NCBI GenBank assembly: GCA_963787125.1
Contig: CAWBBV010000001.1
Location: 320,001 to 384,000, forward strand
Source: an uncultured delta proteobacterium
GTDB lineage: Bacteria > Desulfobacterota > Desulfuromonadia > Geobacterales > DSM-12255
Direction of reading: 5' to 3'
DNA length: 64,000 nt
In this document: positions 49,261 through 59,842 of the stretch, in pieces
Layout: each line of letters starts with the position of its first letter
How positions within the stretch are numbered: position 1 is the stretch's first letter
Position numbers and translations under genes: made by a program
Notes under the pieces: model-generated
The model's database searches: none
What the model saw: the letters and a program-made list of their open reading frames with translations, nothing else
What the model was told of the DNA's origin: nothing

Positions 49261-51048
49261 ATGAGTCAGAGTCGTGCGTTAACAGTTCGGAATGTCTGTC
49301 AGATACTACTGAAAAATGGACTTATAAGCCAGGAACAGGGTGATATGGTTATCACCAGGGCCGATTTCCAGGCAACAAGATTGCACAGCCACCAGCAGAC
49401 AGGCTATTCCAGACGCTTTTTCCAGCTGCCGGAGCAGGTCTCTCCAGCTGAAGTCATCTCTTCTTTTAACCTTGAGATCCCCGGTACCGGCAGGATTCTT
49501 ACTGAAGATGCAATAACTGAGTCGATAGCCGCGGCTGCCGGCATGGAGTACGTAAAAATAGATCCGCTCAAAATGGATCTTGAGCTGGTAACCGAACACG
49601 TGACGAGAGCTTTTGCGCTAAAAAACCTGATAGTGCCGATAGGGCTGAAAGGAGATGCGGTAGTTTTCGCCCAGGCTGACCCCTTCAACCGTCAGGCGTT
49701 GGAAGACATTCAACAGATAAGGCATATCCAGGCGGTCAGGGTGCTCGCATCGCGGAGCGATGTCCTCAAGATCCTTCGCGAGTTTTTCGGCTTTCGTGCG
49801 TCGGTTATGGCCGCGCAGAGTGAAGTGGCAAATGGCGCAGATCTTGCCAATCTCGAACAGTTTGTGCAGATGCGTTCCCATGGCGAATTGGAGGGGAGCG
49901 ACAAGCATATTATCTCGGCGGTTGAATTTCTGCTGCAGTACGCCTTTGACCAGCGTGCCAGCGACATCCATATCGAACCCAAACGGGATAAGTCACTTAT
50001 CCGTCTTCGGGTCGATGGTGTACTCCACAACATTCATACCGTTCCCAAACAGCTGCATCCGCCGATGGTTTCAAGGATTAAACTCCTCTCCCGCCTTGAT
50101 CTTGCAGAAAAACGGCGCCCGCAGGATGGCCGGATCAAAACCACGCACAAAGGCAAAGAGATCGAGCTCCGCGTTTCGACTCTACCGGTAGCATTCGGCG
50201 AGAAAGTAGTGATAAGAATTTTTGACCCGGAAATCCTGATGCAGGATCTTGACAGTATCGGCTTCTACCCCCGCGAATATCAGCTTTACAGCGCATTTAT
50301 CAACAAGCCGAACGGGATCATTCTGGTAACAGGTCCCACCGGCAGCGGTAAAACTACGACTCTTTACTCATCGCTGCGGGCGCTGTCTTCTCCGGAAGTA
50401 AATATTGTTACGGTTGAGGATCCTATCGAGATGGTAATGGAGGAGTTCAACCAGGTCGGTGTCCAGAGTGCCATCGGCGTGAGTTTTGCGACTGTGCTGC
50501 GCAATATTTTGCGCCAGGACCCGGACATTATCATGATCGGTGAAATCCGTGATCGCGATACAGCAGAAAATGCCGTCCAAGCCGCCCTTACCGGTCATCT
50601 CGTCCTCTCCACACTGCATACCAATGATGCGCCTTCCTCCATTACCAGGCTTATCGACCTTGGCGTCCCCTCTTTTCTGATTTCTTCGACGATTGTCGGG
50701 ATAATTGCCCAGAGACTTTTGCGAAAAATCTGCAAAGAATGTAAGCAGGAGCGCAAGCTGACTGCCGAGGAGATAACCTATCTACAGCTTGATAAAATCG
50801 ATGTGACGGTTTGGGAAGGGAGCGGCTGCGGTGAGTGCCGCGGTACCGGTTATCGCGGCCGAACCGGTATCTTTGAGGTCCTTGATTTTACCGAGAACGT
50901 CAAAGCGGTGATCTCCGATAAAATCGATCTGCCCGCACTGTACGCCGTTGCAAAGAGTGACGGCATGATTAATCTGCGGCAGGTTGCTATCAGGAAGATG
51001 CTCGAAGGGGTTACGACCTATGAAGAAGTGCTGGCTATAACCGGTTAA
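49261..51048 (+). CDS. GspE/PilB-family secretion/pilus ATPase
   Basis: ASDIHIEP, PQDGR, GPTGSGKTTT, EDPIE, RQDPDIIMIGEIRD, LHTND, Cys4 motif. Confidence 0.93.
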   Translation: MSQSRALTVRNVCQILLKNGLISQEQGDMVITRADFQATRLHSHQQTGYSRRFFQLPEQVSPAEVISSFNLEIPGTGRILTEDAITESIAAAAGMEYVKIDPLKMDLELVTEHVTRAFALKNLIVPIGLKGDAVVFAQADPFNRQALEDIQQIRHIQAVRVLASRSDVLKILREFFGFRASVMAAQSEVANGADLANLEQFVQMRSHGELEGSDKHIISAVEFLLQYAFDQRASDIHIEPKRDKSLIRLRVDGVLHNIHTVPKQLHPPMVSRIKLLSRLDLAEKRRPQDGRIKTTHKGKEIELRVSTLPVAFGEKVVIRIFDPEILMQDLDSIGFYPREYQLYSAFINKPNGIILVTGPTGSGKTTTLYSSLRALSSPEVNIVTVEDPIEMVMEEFNQVGVQSAIGVSFATVLRNILRQDPDIIMIGEIRDRDTAENAVQAALTGHLVLSTLHTNDAPSSITRLIDLGVPSFLISSTIVGIIAQRLLRKICKECKQERKLTAEEITYLQLDKIDVTVWEGSGCGECRGTGYRGRTGIFEVLDFTENVKAVISDKIDLPALYAVAKSDGMINLRQVAIRKMLEGVTTYEEVLAITG

Positions 51049-51075
51049 CATGTCTAATTTGAAAAGGAGATACTT

Positions 51076-51651
51076 ATGAAAGTTGTAGCATTCAGCGGCA
51101 GCGCGCGTAAGGACGGCAATACGGCCATTCTTGTCCGGCAGACTTTTGCCGAACTTGAAACAGAGGGGATTGAAACAGAGCTGGTTCAGCTTGCCGGAGA
51201 GATTATTCGCGGCTGTACCGCCTGTTACAAATGTTTTGGCACAAAGGATCAGCGTTGTGCTATTGCCAATGATCCAGTCAATGACTGTATTGCCAAAATG
51301 GTGGCTGCCGACGCCATAATTATCGCTTCACCGACTTATTTTGCGGACATTTCGGCGGAAACAAAAGCGCTGATTGATCGCGCCGGCATGGTTGCCCGCG
51401 CTAACAACAATCTTTATCGGCGCAAGGTCGGAGCCGCTATAATCGCCGTCCGCCGTGGTGGAGCGATTCATGCCTTTGACTCCATCAACCACTTCTTTCT
51501 GATCGGTGAAATGATCATCCCCGGCTCATCATATTGGAACTTCGGTGTCGGCCGGAATATAGGTGAGGTTGAGCAGGATGAAGAAGGAATGAAGACCATG
51601 GCAGATCTCGGAAAAAACATGGCATGGTTGATGAAAAAAATCGGGAGCTGA
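51076..51651 (+). CDS. iron-sulfur flavoprotein / flavodoxin-like FMN reductase family
   Basis: [23 protein letters not shown]. Confidence 0.88.
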   Translation: MKVVAFSGSARKDGNTAILVRQTFAELETEGIETELVQLAGEIIRGCTACYKCFGTKDQRCAIANDPVNDCIAKMVAADAIIIASPTYFADISAETKALIDRAGMVARANNNLYRRKVGAAIIAVRRGGAIHAFDSINHFFLIGEMIIPGSSYWNFGVGRNIGEVEQDEEGMKTMADLGKNMAWLMKKIGS

Positions 51652-51664
51652 GTGAAAAAGGAGT

Positions 51665-51819
51665 ATTTGAACCATGCGGGGCGGTTTCCGCTTTAACGCT
51701 ACGTTTTGACCGCACAAATAATGCAACTTCCTGCCGAAGGTCACCGTTTAAAATGGTTCCAACGTGTAGTCGGCGGAGAACTCCGCTGTTACGCTGCAAC
51801 CGCCCCACATGGTTCAAAT
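51665..51819. repeat. 155-bp element with 22-bp terminal inverted repeats (MITE/REPIN-like)
   Basis: ATTTGAACCATGCGGGGCGGTT (51665-51686) and AACCGCCCCACATGGTTCAAAT (51798-51819), 21/22 complementary. Confidence 0.75.
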
Positions 51820-51829
51820 GCATGTAGTT

Positions 51830-52273
51830 TTATTTTATTGACTGCCCAAAAGTCGCCATTATTCCTTCTATTAACTTCTTTTTCTCGTCAGCAGTGAGTT
51901 TTGCCTCTGGATGAGCAATAGCATATCTTAGCGGTGGCATCTCACCCTTGGTTATCTCCTGGGCAACGGCGGTAGGGTCTTCTCCAGCCCTTTTACCCCC
52001 CTGCCACGCTGAAAAGTTCAGTTTCTTTCTCGCGGCGATCACATCGTAGTAGACAAGCCATGAAGCCGGCGCAATGGCCGTATAGAACGGCCAGACGGTT
52101 TCATGACTATGGCAGTTGAAGCAGGCCTTTTTGGCAAGGCCACGCACTTCAGGGCTGCTCCATACCGGCTCGCTGATGATTGGCGGGTTTTTATGATCTC
52201 TGCCGTAAGGGACAAGCTGGATTAACAGCAAGGTGACTGTTCCAGCCAATACGGTCTTGGCAACAAGGTTCAT
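51830..52273 (-). CDS. monoheme c-type cytochrome (Haem_bd-like)
   Basis: ACFNCHS, WPFY, LNFS, EMPP. Confidence 0.85.
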   Translation of the reverse strand: MNLVAKTVLAGTVTLLLIQLVPYGRDHKNPPIISEPVWSSPEVRGLAKKACFNCHSHETVWPFYTAIAPASWLVYYDVIAARKKLNFSAWQGGKRAGEDPTAVAQEITKGEMPPLRYAIAHPEAKLTADEKKKLIEGIMATFGQSIK

Positions 52274-52291
52274 ATCAAATCGTCTCCTTTT

Positions 52292-52594
52292 TCAGCTGTC
52301 TTTACAGGTAAAGCGCCGGCAAATGTCCGGCCTGCTATTGTAGATGCTACAGCGGTTATTTGTCAGGAATTCGCAGCCGTTCTCGATGAGGAGAAAATGA
52401 TCTCCATTAAGCAGAAAATATAGCCGGGTCGCACCTAGTCGTTCAAGTTCGGCATACTCCTCATAAGTTAACCTTACGCTTGGAAACCCCCTGCAGCAGG
52501 CAGCATCGCAACCATTGCAATGATTACTGCCGTCCATAGCCTTAGCCAACAGTATACCATGTTTTTTCAGCAGTTTCTTTCCGAACAGATCCAT
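52292..52594 (-). CDS. YkgJ-like CxxCxxCC cysteine-cluster protein
   Basis: CNGCDAACC, CEFL..CSIY..RPDICRRF. Confidence 0.8.
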   Translation of the reverse strand: MDLFGKKLLKKHGILLAKAMDGSNHCNGCDAACCRGFPSVRLTYEEYAELERLGATRLYFLLNGDHFLLIENGCEFLTNNRCSIYNSRPDICRRFTCKDS

Positions 52595-52851
52595 GGCTGA
52601 ACCTCCTCCTTTCGGCAGTTAACCGGCGCACATCTTTACTTTTCCAATGCGTTCACGGCTCAAACGTAACATCAGAAATCCTGATTTCCCGGAATTCTTG
52701 ATGTTACCAATTCATAAATCAGCCGGAGTGTTGTCCCGGGATAGACAGTTTCTGTATCGTTTAGTTCCTTGCACAAGTGCGTCAAGCTGCTTCAAATGTT
52801 GACGAAGAGAAATAAAAAATCGCACTGGGCGAACGCGGCTGCGAGATGAGA

Positions 52852-52878
52852 AGGGCCCGGAACATCGCTCCGGGCCCT
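52852..52878 (-). terminator. hairpin downstream of the large lipoprotein gene
   Basis: AGGGCCCGGA-acatcgc-TCCGGGCCCT. Confidence 0.55.
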
Positions 52879-52925
52879 CCATCCTGTTATTTCAGTTGAG
52901 ACTAAACGATCAAGGCTCCTCCAGT

Positions 52926-55151
52926 TTAGGGAGAATCATCGAGATAAACATAGCCACCATGGCCGCTTTGAGTGCAGTCGGCGCCGGTAACACTAATCAT
53001 GACCTGATTCCCCTTGGAATTACTGACATCGAGCGAAACCGTCTGCCATGGAATCAAACTCCATCCGGAGATGGGCGATGTGATCCAGCCGCTGTAGGTT
53101 GGGTCACCGTTAGCAAAACGTTTGTAGTAAAGAATCTTGTTGGCGGTAATATCTTTGACCAGAACCTGAACATATGGCTGCTCAGGAATCGAATGCCCCG
53201 CGTCTTGAAGGACTGCTGCCCAGGCAAACTTGAGAGTTGGCAGGGCAATTGTCGGAATGGTAGCAGTCTGGGTGGCGGTGCTAACATGATCGTTGTTGTC
53301 ATAATTATTGATCCTCAGCGAGTAGTTGCCATTGTTTACCAGCGGGAACAAGTTCCCGACATAAGAGTCCGTATCGGTACGTTGAACAACGGCACTCTTG
53401 GCCGGAGTGTAGGCGGTGCCGTTGAAGGCAGTCAGCATTCCCCAAAGCGGATCGTAGTCTGGGTTGACCGTGCCGTTGGCGTCATAGCAATGGCCTTTGC
53501 CGTCAGAAGGCGCGTTGCCGGGACACCCGGAGGTTCCTGGGCTCGTCCAGGGACTGGCCAGTGTTGTGGAAATTCTAGCAAAAGGGCTTTTGGTGGTATC
53601 GTTAGTAAGCGTTGAGGCAGTTGGAACTATTTGAGAATCAAGGCGGGTCTCAACCAGCCAGCTGGTCATGTCGGCGCTTTCAAAACCGAGATTGCCGAAG
53701 GAGGTGATCGTTGTTCCGGTGAAGTTCAAGGTTATCTGGCGATAAGCCACGACCGACCACGGGTTGGCAGTATTCGAGAGCCCGTAGATGGTCACTGTGC
53801 TGGGATTAGTCAGCGTTGATCCTTGCAGCGTGAAATTGAAACTGGCTGCGCTCCCCAGCGAAACAGCTGTGCCGCCATTAAGGGAATAATACATTTCCTT
53901 CATTGCCGTGGTGCCGGAAATAGTTCCCGTAACCGCCACGTTCGGCAAGGCAGTTGAAGCCACTGTTATACTGGCTACATCTGCAGAATTTACTGTCGGT
54001 GCGGACAGAGAAATAGTCCCCAATGGGGTCTCTGCTGCCTGAAAGGCGGCTTCGAACTGTTTGTAACTGCCGATATTGGACGGTGAGCTGAAGACGTATT
54101 TGGTGAAGGTCTGGCTGAAGGCGCCGGCTTTTGAGTAGCCGTTGAAGCCGTTGGTGAGACTGAAGTTGATTGTTACCGCTTCATTGGGGAAGTTGGGGTC
54201 ATAAAGGTAGAATGTGCCCCCATCAGCACTGGTGGGTACAAATTTATAAGCCATGGTGACGTGAGCTAAGTCTGCTTTGTTGTTGGCATCAAAGGACTTA
54301 AGGATGAAAATCTGTGGTGTATTGGTAAGTTTCATGTTCTGCAACATCAGCAGACCGACCTGTTTATTGGTGAGCTTGTTCGAGGTTGAGTTCCAGAAGC
54401 TTTGCCAGATGCTAGATGTCGAAGACTGGATGCTGGCGATCAGGGCTTTTTCGACGGTAGTTGTATATTTGCTGTACAGTTGTGGCAGTCCTTTCAGGAT
54501 CTTCTTGTAACTGTAATACCAGGCGGCATAATTGGCCATAGCCAAGCCACTGCCGTCAGGAGCGACAAAGTTACCGAAGTTTGCTACATCAAAACCGTCC
54601 TTATTGGGAACAAAGCCTGAATTAACTGCAAAAGCTGACAAGTCCGGCGAGGCTGCGTTCATGCCGGAGTGTCTTGCAGTGGCATAGATTGAGAAATGAA
54701 CTGTGGAAAATGTGACGGTATTGGTTCCGATTTCCAGAATGTCCACCGGAACGTAGGCACTGTTTGCTGAGTCGTAGTAGACGACCGAGGGCAGGGTGGT
54801 GCTGGCCGGATCGTACGGTACAGTCACCACAACCGGCTGCAGGAAGTCGTCCGTATAGTCGGAAGTGATCACAAACACGTCACCGACAGTTCCACCGCCA
54901 GTCGTAATTGGGTTGCCGGCTGGAAGCGGAGCAATATTTTTTGTAACCGTGAATTTAGGCTGTACCTTTGCGGCGTCATACGCCCCTGTCGGGATGGCAA
55001 GGTTGACGCTGGTCGCGGAATCACTAGCAGTGTAAGCCGCGGTGCCGGTGCCGGTGGGGGTGTTCGTGTTGTTCGTGCTGTGCTCGGACGAACAACCAAA
55101 CAGCGAAATCATAACGGAGCAGATAGCTAAGTACTTGACCACTTTTTTCAT
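52926..55151 (-). CDS. large multidomain surface lipoprotein (ZU5-like, degenerate papain-like, Ig-like and jelly-roll-like regions)
   Basis: Lipobox LFGC; Thr/Ser-rich; start reassigned to ATG 55151 after AAGGAGG. Confidence 0.8.
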   Translation of the reverse strand: MKKVVKYLAICSVMISLFGCSSEHSTNNTNTPTGTGTAAYTASDSATSVNLAIPTGAYDAAKVQPKFTVTKNIAPLPAGNPITTGGGTVGDVFVITSDYTDDFLQPVVVTVPYDPASTTLPSVVYYDSANSAYVPVDILEIGTNTVTFSTVHFSIYATARHSGMNAASPDLSAFAVNSGFVPNKDGFDVANFGNFVAPDGSGLAMANYAAWYYSYKKILKGLPQLYSKYTTTVEKALIASIQSSTSSIWQSFWNSTSNKLTNKQVGLLMLQNMKLTNTPQIFILKSFDANNKADLAHVTMAYKFVPTSADGGTFYLYDPNFPNEAVTINFSLTNGFNGYSKAGAFSQTFTKYVFSSPSNIGSYKQFEAAFQAAETPLGTISLSAPTVNSADVASITVASTALPNVAVTGTISGTTAMKEMYYSLNGGTAVSLGSAASFNFTLQGSTLTNPSTVTIYGLSNTANPWSVVAYRQITLNFTGTTITSFGNLGFESADMTSWLVETRLDSQIVPTASTLTNDTTKSPFARISTTLASPWTSPGTSGCPGNAPSDGKGHCYDANGTVNPDYDPLWGMLTAFNGTAYTPAKSAVVQRTDTDSYVGNLFPLVNNGNYSLRINNYDNNDHVSTATQTATIPTIALPTLKFAWAAVLQDAGHSIPEQPYVQVLVKDITANKILYYKRFANGDPTYSGWITSPISGWSLIPWQTVSLDVSNSKGNQVMISVTGADCTQSGHGGYVYLDDSP

Positions 55152-55444
55152 AGGATCCTCCTTTACTGCAGCATGTTTGTACAATTTAATTATACAGCAC
55201 TATATCATGATAATTTTCCAGCGCAAGTGGCTACTATCGAATCTTTATAAAACCATATGCCCGAGTAGTGCTAATTAATAAGTATCAATTATTTCTGTAA
55301 TCCTTTGTTTCTAATTCATTAGAAAATATCTACTCTTGTCTAATTCGTTAATAATTAGCTTATCAGTTAACTACATATATTCATTTTGTTTTATTTTTTT
55401 AAGTATATATTGCGACATTGGAAACAGTATTTCAGAATTATTCA

Positions 55445-55473
55445 TTGACAGAAAATTTAGCCAGGCGTATTTA
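55445..55473 (+). promoter_or_regulatory. sigma70-type promoter in AT-rich spacer
   Basis: TTGACA-N17-TATTTA upstream of the ORF at 55536. Confidence 0.4.
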
Positions 55474-55535
55474 TAAATACTAATCTGTATTCTTCTGAAG
55501 CATGCGGTTTTACCTTAATGAAAGGAGGATAATTT

Positions 55536-58137
55536 ATGAATCGAAAAATCAGGCGAAGTTTATTGGTTCTGGCAGCGTCTTCACTCATTGCAGCGTGCGG
55601 TGGTGGCGGTGGTGGCGGTGGAGGGGGCGGCAGTTCGGCACCGACAACCTCGTCGGCGCTAGTCAGCGGGAGCGTTGTTGCCTCATCTGCTTCAGGCGCT
55701 GCGGCTAAAGCAGCATTAATTACTGACCAAAGCGTAGCTGTCAGCATTGTTTCTTACGACAAGGCTAATGCCAAACTAGGCGATGCAGCAGTCAGCTCTG
55801 ATGCAGCCGGTGGTTTTGCCGCACAGCTCAATCTTTCGACTGGCGGCGGCTATGTGATTGTGACCGCTACAAAAGATGGCTATACCCAGTTTCAGAAGAG
55901 GATTGACTACGCTACACCGGGCAAACTTGAGCTTCAGGCCGCACTCCAGCAGGTTAATGTCGCTTTTGCTGCCCCTGGCTCTGCCCTTGCATCAGGCATC
56001 GGCAAATCTTCCGAGCCGTCCTTCAGCTTTGCTTTGGTTAGCTTTCCTGATGGAACAAAGAAAGCGCTTGCCGGAACGGCTATAAAAGCCGCCAAAGCAG
56101 CTGGCGCAACGGTCGAAACATCAATAAATATTCCTTCAGCTTCTGTCCCTGGAGTGACAAAACTGAAGGGCGAACTTAACGCTTATGATCCATCAACCCA
56201 GTCAGACCGGTTCCCGGGGTCATATACCGGCACTGACAAGAACGGCAAAGACGGCAAGATGGTTTCACTTGCCTTCGATTTCGTCAAGATCAGTGATGCA
56301 GATACCGGGAAATCCCTCGGCAAAGTTGCGGCTGACCTTGTAAAAGCAGGAGTGCAAAAAAGCAGCGGCTGCAACTACAACTGTTACCCGCCACATTTAC
56401 ACTAACAGCTGCAGTAACCTTTTCCTCGAAGACTACAACAAGACTACTGCCGGGCATCAGGTGCCCGTATGGTCTTTAAATCCTTCTACGGGCAAATGGA
56501 TTTTCCTCGGTGAAGGAACTGTTGTTGACAGTACCGGTACAGATATTAGCGGACCAACGGAGACTGGCTGCGGTGGAGGGAACTACTATCTAAAGATTTT
56601 CGTGGTTAACACCGACTTTACCAATAGCTGGTGGAACCTCGACCATATCGTCTTCGCCACCCCCAAGGAAGTTTGCCTGAGCGGGAAATTCCTTTTCTCT
56701 GACAGCACCCCGGTAGCCAATCAGAGTGTTTCGCTCTATGGTTCGATAATCGACTCAAAGTGGGGCTATACCGCTGCAGATGGGACATTCTCCCTGAGTA
56801 CCGTCCTGCTCAACAGTGCCACAACCTCAAGAGCAGCCACGCTCTCCTATTATAACGAGAACGGCGGCTACACCTCGGCGAACGTAACTTTGGGCGACTC
56901 ACCAAACTGCGGCGCCTACAATGTAACCCTTCCCAAGCCGTGCGATGTCAGCGGCAAACTGACCGGCGACGGCTCTGCCTACCGTTATCTGCGCCTGGCT
57001 GGCATTGATTTCTATCGTTCCATGTCTACGGATGCCTCTGGTAACTACTCCAGCAAGGTCAAATGCGGCACAGACATCAGCCTCTTCATTGGGAGCCTCA
57101 GCAGTTCCTCAGCCAGCTTCAACGTCAACGGTACAGTCGCCGGCGGCGAGAGCAGTGATGACGGCAACAAAGCTGTCCTTGCTGACTTAGCTATCCCGAA
57201 CGTCCCACCTTCCGGCTATTTCTGGCTCTCCAACAGTTCAGTCAAGATTAACAAGACGGTGACGGCCTACATTTCAGGCTATGACGAGGACAGCAACTAC
57301 CCGATTACCTGGGTTTTTAATGTCAAAAATGGCACCGCAGTAGCCTTCACCAGCACAGGATCATTCACAGCATCATCGACTTCTACCTCCAAAGATTTCT
57401 CCATAGCAACCGCTGGTGATTACACTACCGAGCTTGTCCTGACAGACAGCAAGGGCGCCAGCAGAACTATTGCCGGCACGAACATGAGCGTCGCCGCAAC
57501 AAATCGGCCGCCAACAGTCTATGCATATGCTGATAAGAGCTATGTGAACAGCTGCGGCAGCAGCAGTGCGATTAACCTTTATGGCAGTGGTTATGGCCCG
57601 GACAGCACAACAATGACGGGCGCCTGGACATCGGCTGGCACAGCGGTAACCGGATGCAACGGCGGGACCGGCACAACCTCGATCTCAGCCACCTGCGCTA
57701 CTACAGTACCTGCGGGTTCAGGCTCAACCTATACCTATACCTACACGGTCACTGACAACAACGGCATGAGCGGCAAACAGAACATAATGGTAAGCACCTA
57801 CGCTTCAGCGCCATGGATATCAGCACTGACAGCAACTCCAGCGCTTGTTCCGGTCGGGGCCGCTTCACGTGATGTGGCTTTATCGGCGACTGCCAGCAAT
57901 GGCGACAATGCAAGCATGACAGGGTCTTGGAAGGTAAACGGCACTGCTCTAACAGCTTGTGATGGGACTGTTGCAAGTGGTTCTAATTCAAAATGCACAT
58001 ACACAATCCCGTCAACTGCAGCGGCTGGCGACGTATTCACCTTTACCTTTACCGCCACCGCTTGCGGAAAATCTGTTTCACAGGATGTCAAAGCAAGTTA
58101 CGGTAATGCCAGCGATGTAACAGTAGTTATCCAGTAA
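55536..58137 (+). pseudogene. large surface lipoprotein (Ig/PKD-like repeats) interrupted by a +1 frameshift
   Basis: Lipobox IAAC plus poly-Gly; removing one A from the A6 run at 56356-56361 joins ORFs 55536..56405 and 56461..58137 into one stop-free 866-aa frame. Confidence 0.8.
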
Positions 58138-58204
58138 CGGCCGGAGCAGTCGGGCGGAGATAATTCTTCGCCCGGGAAATTCATACTAATAAGGAGGATA
58201 CTCC

Positions 58205-59770
58205 ATGACAAGAAGACGCTATGTCATATTACTGGCCGTTGCAATGATGGCGGCTGGCGCATCACTTACGGGATGCGGCTCAAGCGGCAGCTCAAATTCA
58301 ATAAACTCGACAAACGCTGCCAAGGCGGATGTAACCATTGCCGCCAAGTTCCCGACAGCGGATGGCGCGGTGAAAAGTCTGCTCCCTGCCGGAACGGTGG
58401 CAATTGAGGTGTACTCTAGTACACTACCTGCTGTTCAGGGGCAATCCCAGACCCCGACACTCATAGCAACCCTCACTCCCGCGGCTCCTACAAAATCGAT
58501 CAAAATGGGGCCGGGTCAGTATACGATTTCGGCAATGGCGTATGATTCTACCGATGCAACTACCCGGAAAGTTCTGGGAAGCACATCGACAGCCGGGGAA
58601 ATTGTGGCCAATGCCGCTAATACGATCAACCTTACCTTCCTGAACGGGCAGTGGACACTCTCGGCGCCACTTGTTTTGAGTGATGGCAGTCAGTTGAATG
58701 ATTTCGTGGTCAGCGATCAACGATACTACGGCACGGGAAAAGCAGCTTTCGATTATTCCAAACCTATTGGTGGTGGCAGTGGTGGCGGCGTCAAATACCG
58801 CTTTAGTAACAATACCAGCGCACGGACCTATGGGAACATGCTGACCCAGTTTGTCGGCACATCGAACAGCATTGCTCTGTTTAGTGACGCTTACAACCTT
58901 ACCCAGAAGTGTCAGGACTACTCCGGGCAAGGGCTGTGCACTCCGAAGTCCGGCGATAAACTGTTCCTGCTCGAAGGCACCCCGGCGGGCGGTTTGCCGC
59001 CTGACAGTATGGGGAGTGGTGGCTACGATCAGGGCGACATCCTTTATGGTGATGCTTATTCGCTCCTTCCCAACAAGGGTCAAACCGTATTCTCGCAACC
59101 AATAATGACTAATACCGCTGCTGCCACCAGTGACGGCAAGACAATCAGCGGCAACTTTATCGAGTTTGCTCTGACGGCCACTCCTGCCAAGGCTTACAAA
59201 ACCGGCTCTTCGCCCAAGATTGCTGCTGCCAAGGCAGTTAAATCGCAGTCGGCCAATACTGCCTATTCCGGTCTGGTGGTAACGGACTACAGTTATTACG
59301 TCTGTGCAACGACAGCCACACCCAACAAGGGTGGCTGGTATTTCTATACTCAACCTCAGATTATCGGCACGGCTACCTGCTACGATTACGGGAACCTCCA
59401 GCCAACCATGATTAATAACCAGCCAACTTATAATGCCGGTGATTTCTCTTATGGACTCGTGCCGGATACGACTGATCTGGGCGATTACTGTCAAGTCTGG
59501 GATTACAATATGTATCTGCCCTACGATCCGGCGACCAATCCTAACGGTACGGCACTCAACCCGAATTACAACACCTGTAAGCAGCAAAAACCATCCACAG
59601 GAGATGTCTATTATCCGTATAACTTCAAGGCCAAGAAAACTGCTACCAAGACAACGATCAGCTTCGGTTCTTTCAAGTTCAAAGCGTGGATAGAAGAGAC
59701 GACTACAGGCAACGCCTACGTCTACCCCTTCACCGCAACAGGCTCGACGACCATAACGCCTGCCAAGTAG
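58205..59770 (+). CDS. surface lipoprotein of unknown function
   Basis: AAGGAGG RBS, lipobox LTGC, Thr/Ser/Tyr-rich, paired Cys. Confidence 0.82.
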   Translation: MTRRRYVILLAVAMMAAGASLTGCGSSGSSNSINSTNAAKADVTIAAKFPTADGAVKSLLPAGTVAIEVYSSTLPAVQGQSQTPTLIATLTPAAPTKSIKMGPGQYTISAMAYDSTDATTRKVLGSTSTAGEIVANAANTINLTFLNGQWTLSAPLVLSDGSQLNDFVVSDQRYYGTGKAAFDYSKPIGGGSGGGVKYRFSNNTSARTYGNMLTQFVGTSNSIALFSDAYNLTQKCQDYSGQGLCTPKSGDKLFLLEGTPAGGLPPDSMGSGGYDQGDILYGDAYSLLPNKGQTVFSQPIMTNTAAATSDGKTISGNFIEFALTATPAKAYKTGSSPKIAAAKAVKSQSANTAYSGLVVTDYSYYVCATTATPNKGGWYFYTQPQIIGTATCYDYGNLQPTMINNQPTYNAGDFSYGLVPDTTDLGDYCQVWDYNMYLPYDPATNPNGTALNPNYNTCKQQKPSTGDVYYPYNFKAKKTATKTTISFGSFKFKAWIEETTTGNAYVYPFTATGSTTITPAK

Positions 59771-59788
59771 ATAGTGCAAATCTGAATA

Positions 59789-59831
59789 AAAAACAAAGAG
59801 GGGTGGCAATCTGCCGCCCCTCTTTGTTTTT
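59789..59831 (+). terminator. intrinsic terminator
   Basis: AAAAACAAAGAGGGGTGGCA-atc-TGCCGCCCCTCTTTGTTTTT. Confidence 0.85.
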
Positions 59832-59842
59832 CGGGAGAGAGC

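Noticed and set aside
52666..52707. Imperfect inverted repeat GTAACATCA...TGATGTTAC upstream of the YkgJ-like gene
   Set aside because: Single imperfect instance; function cannot be supported
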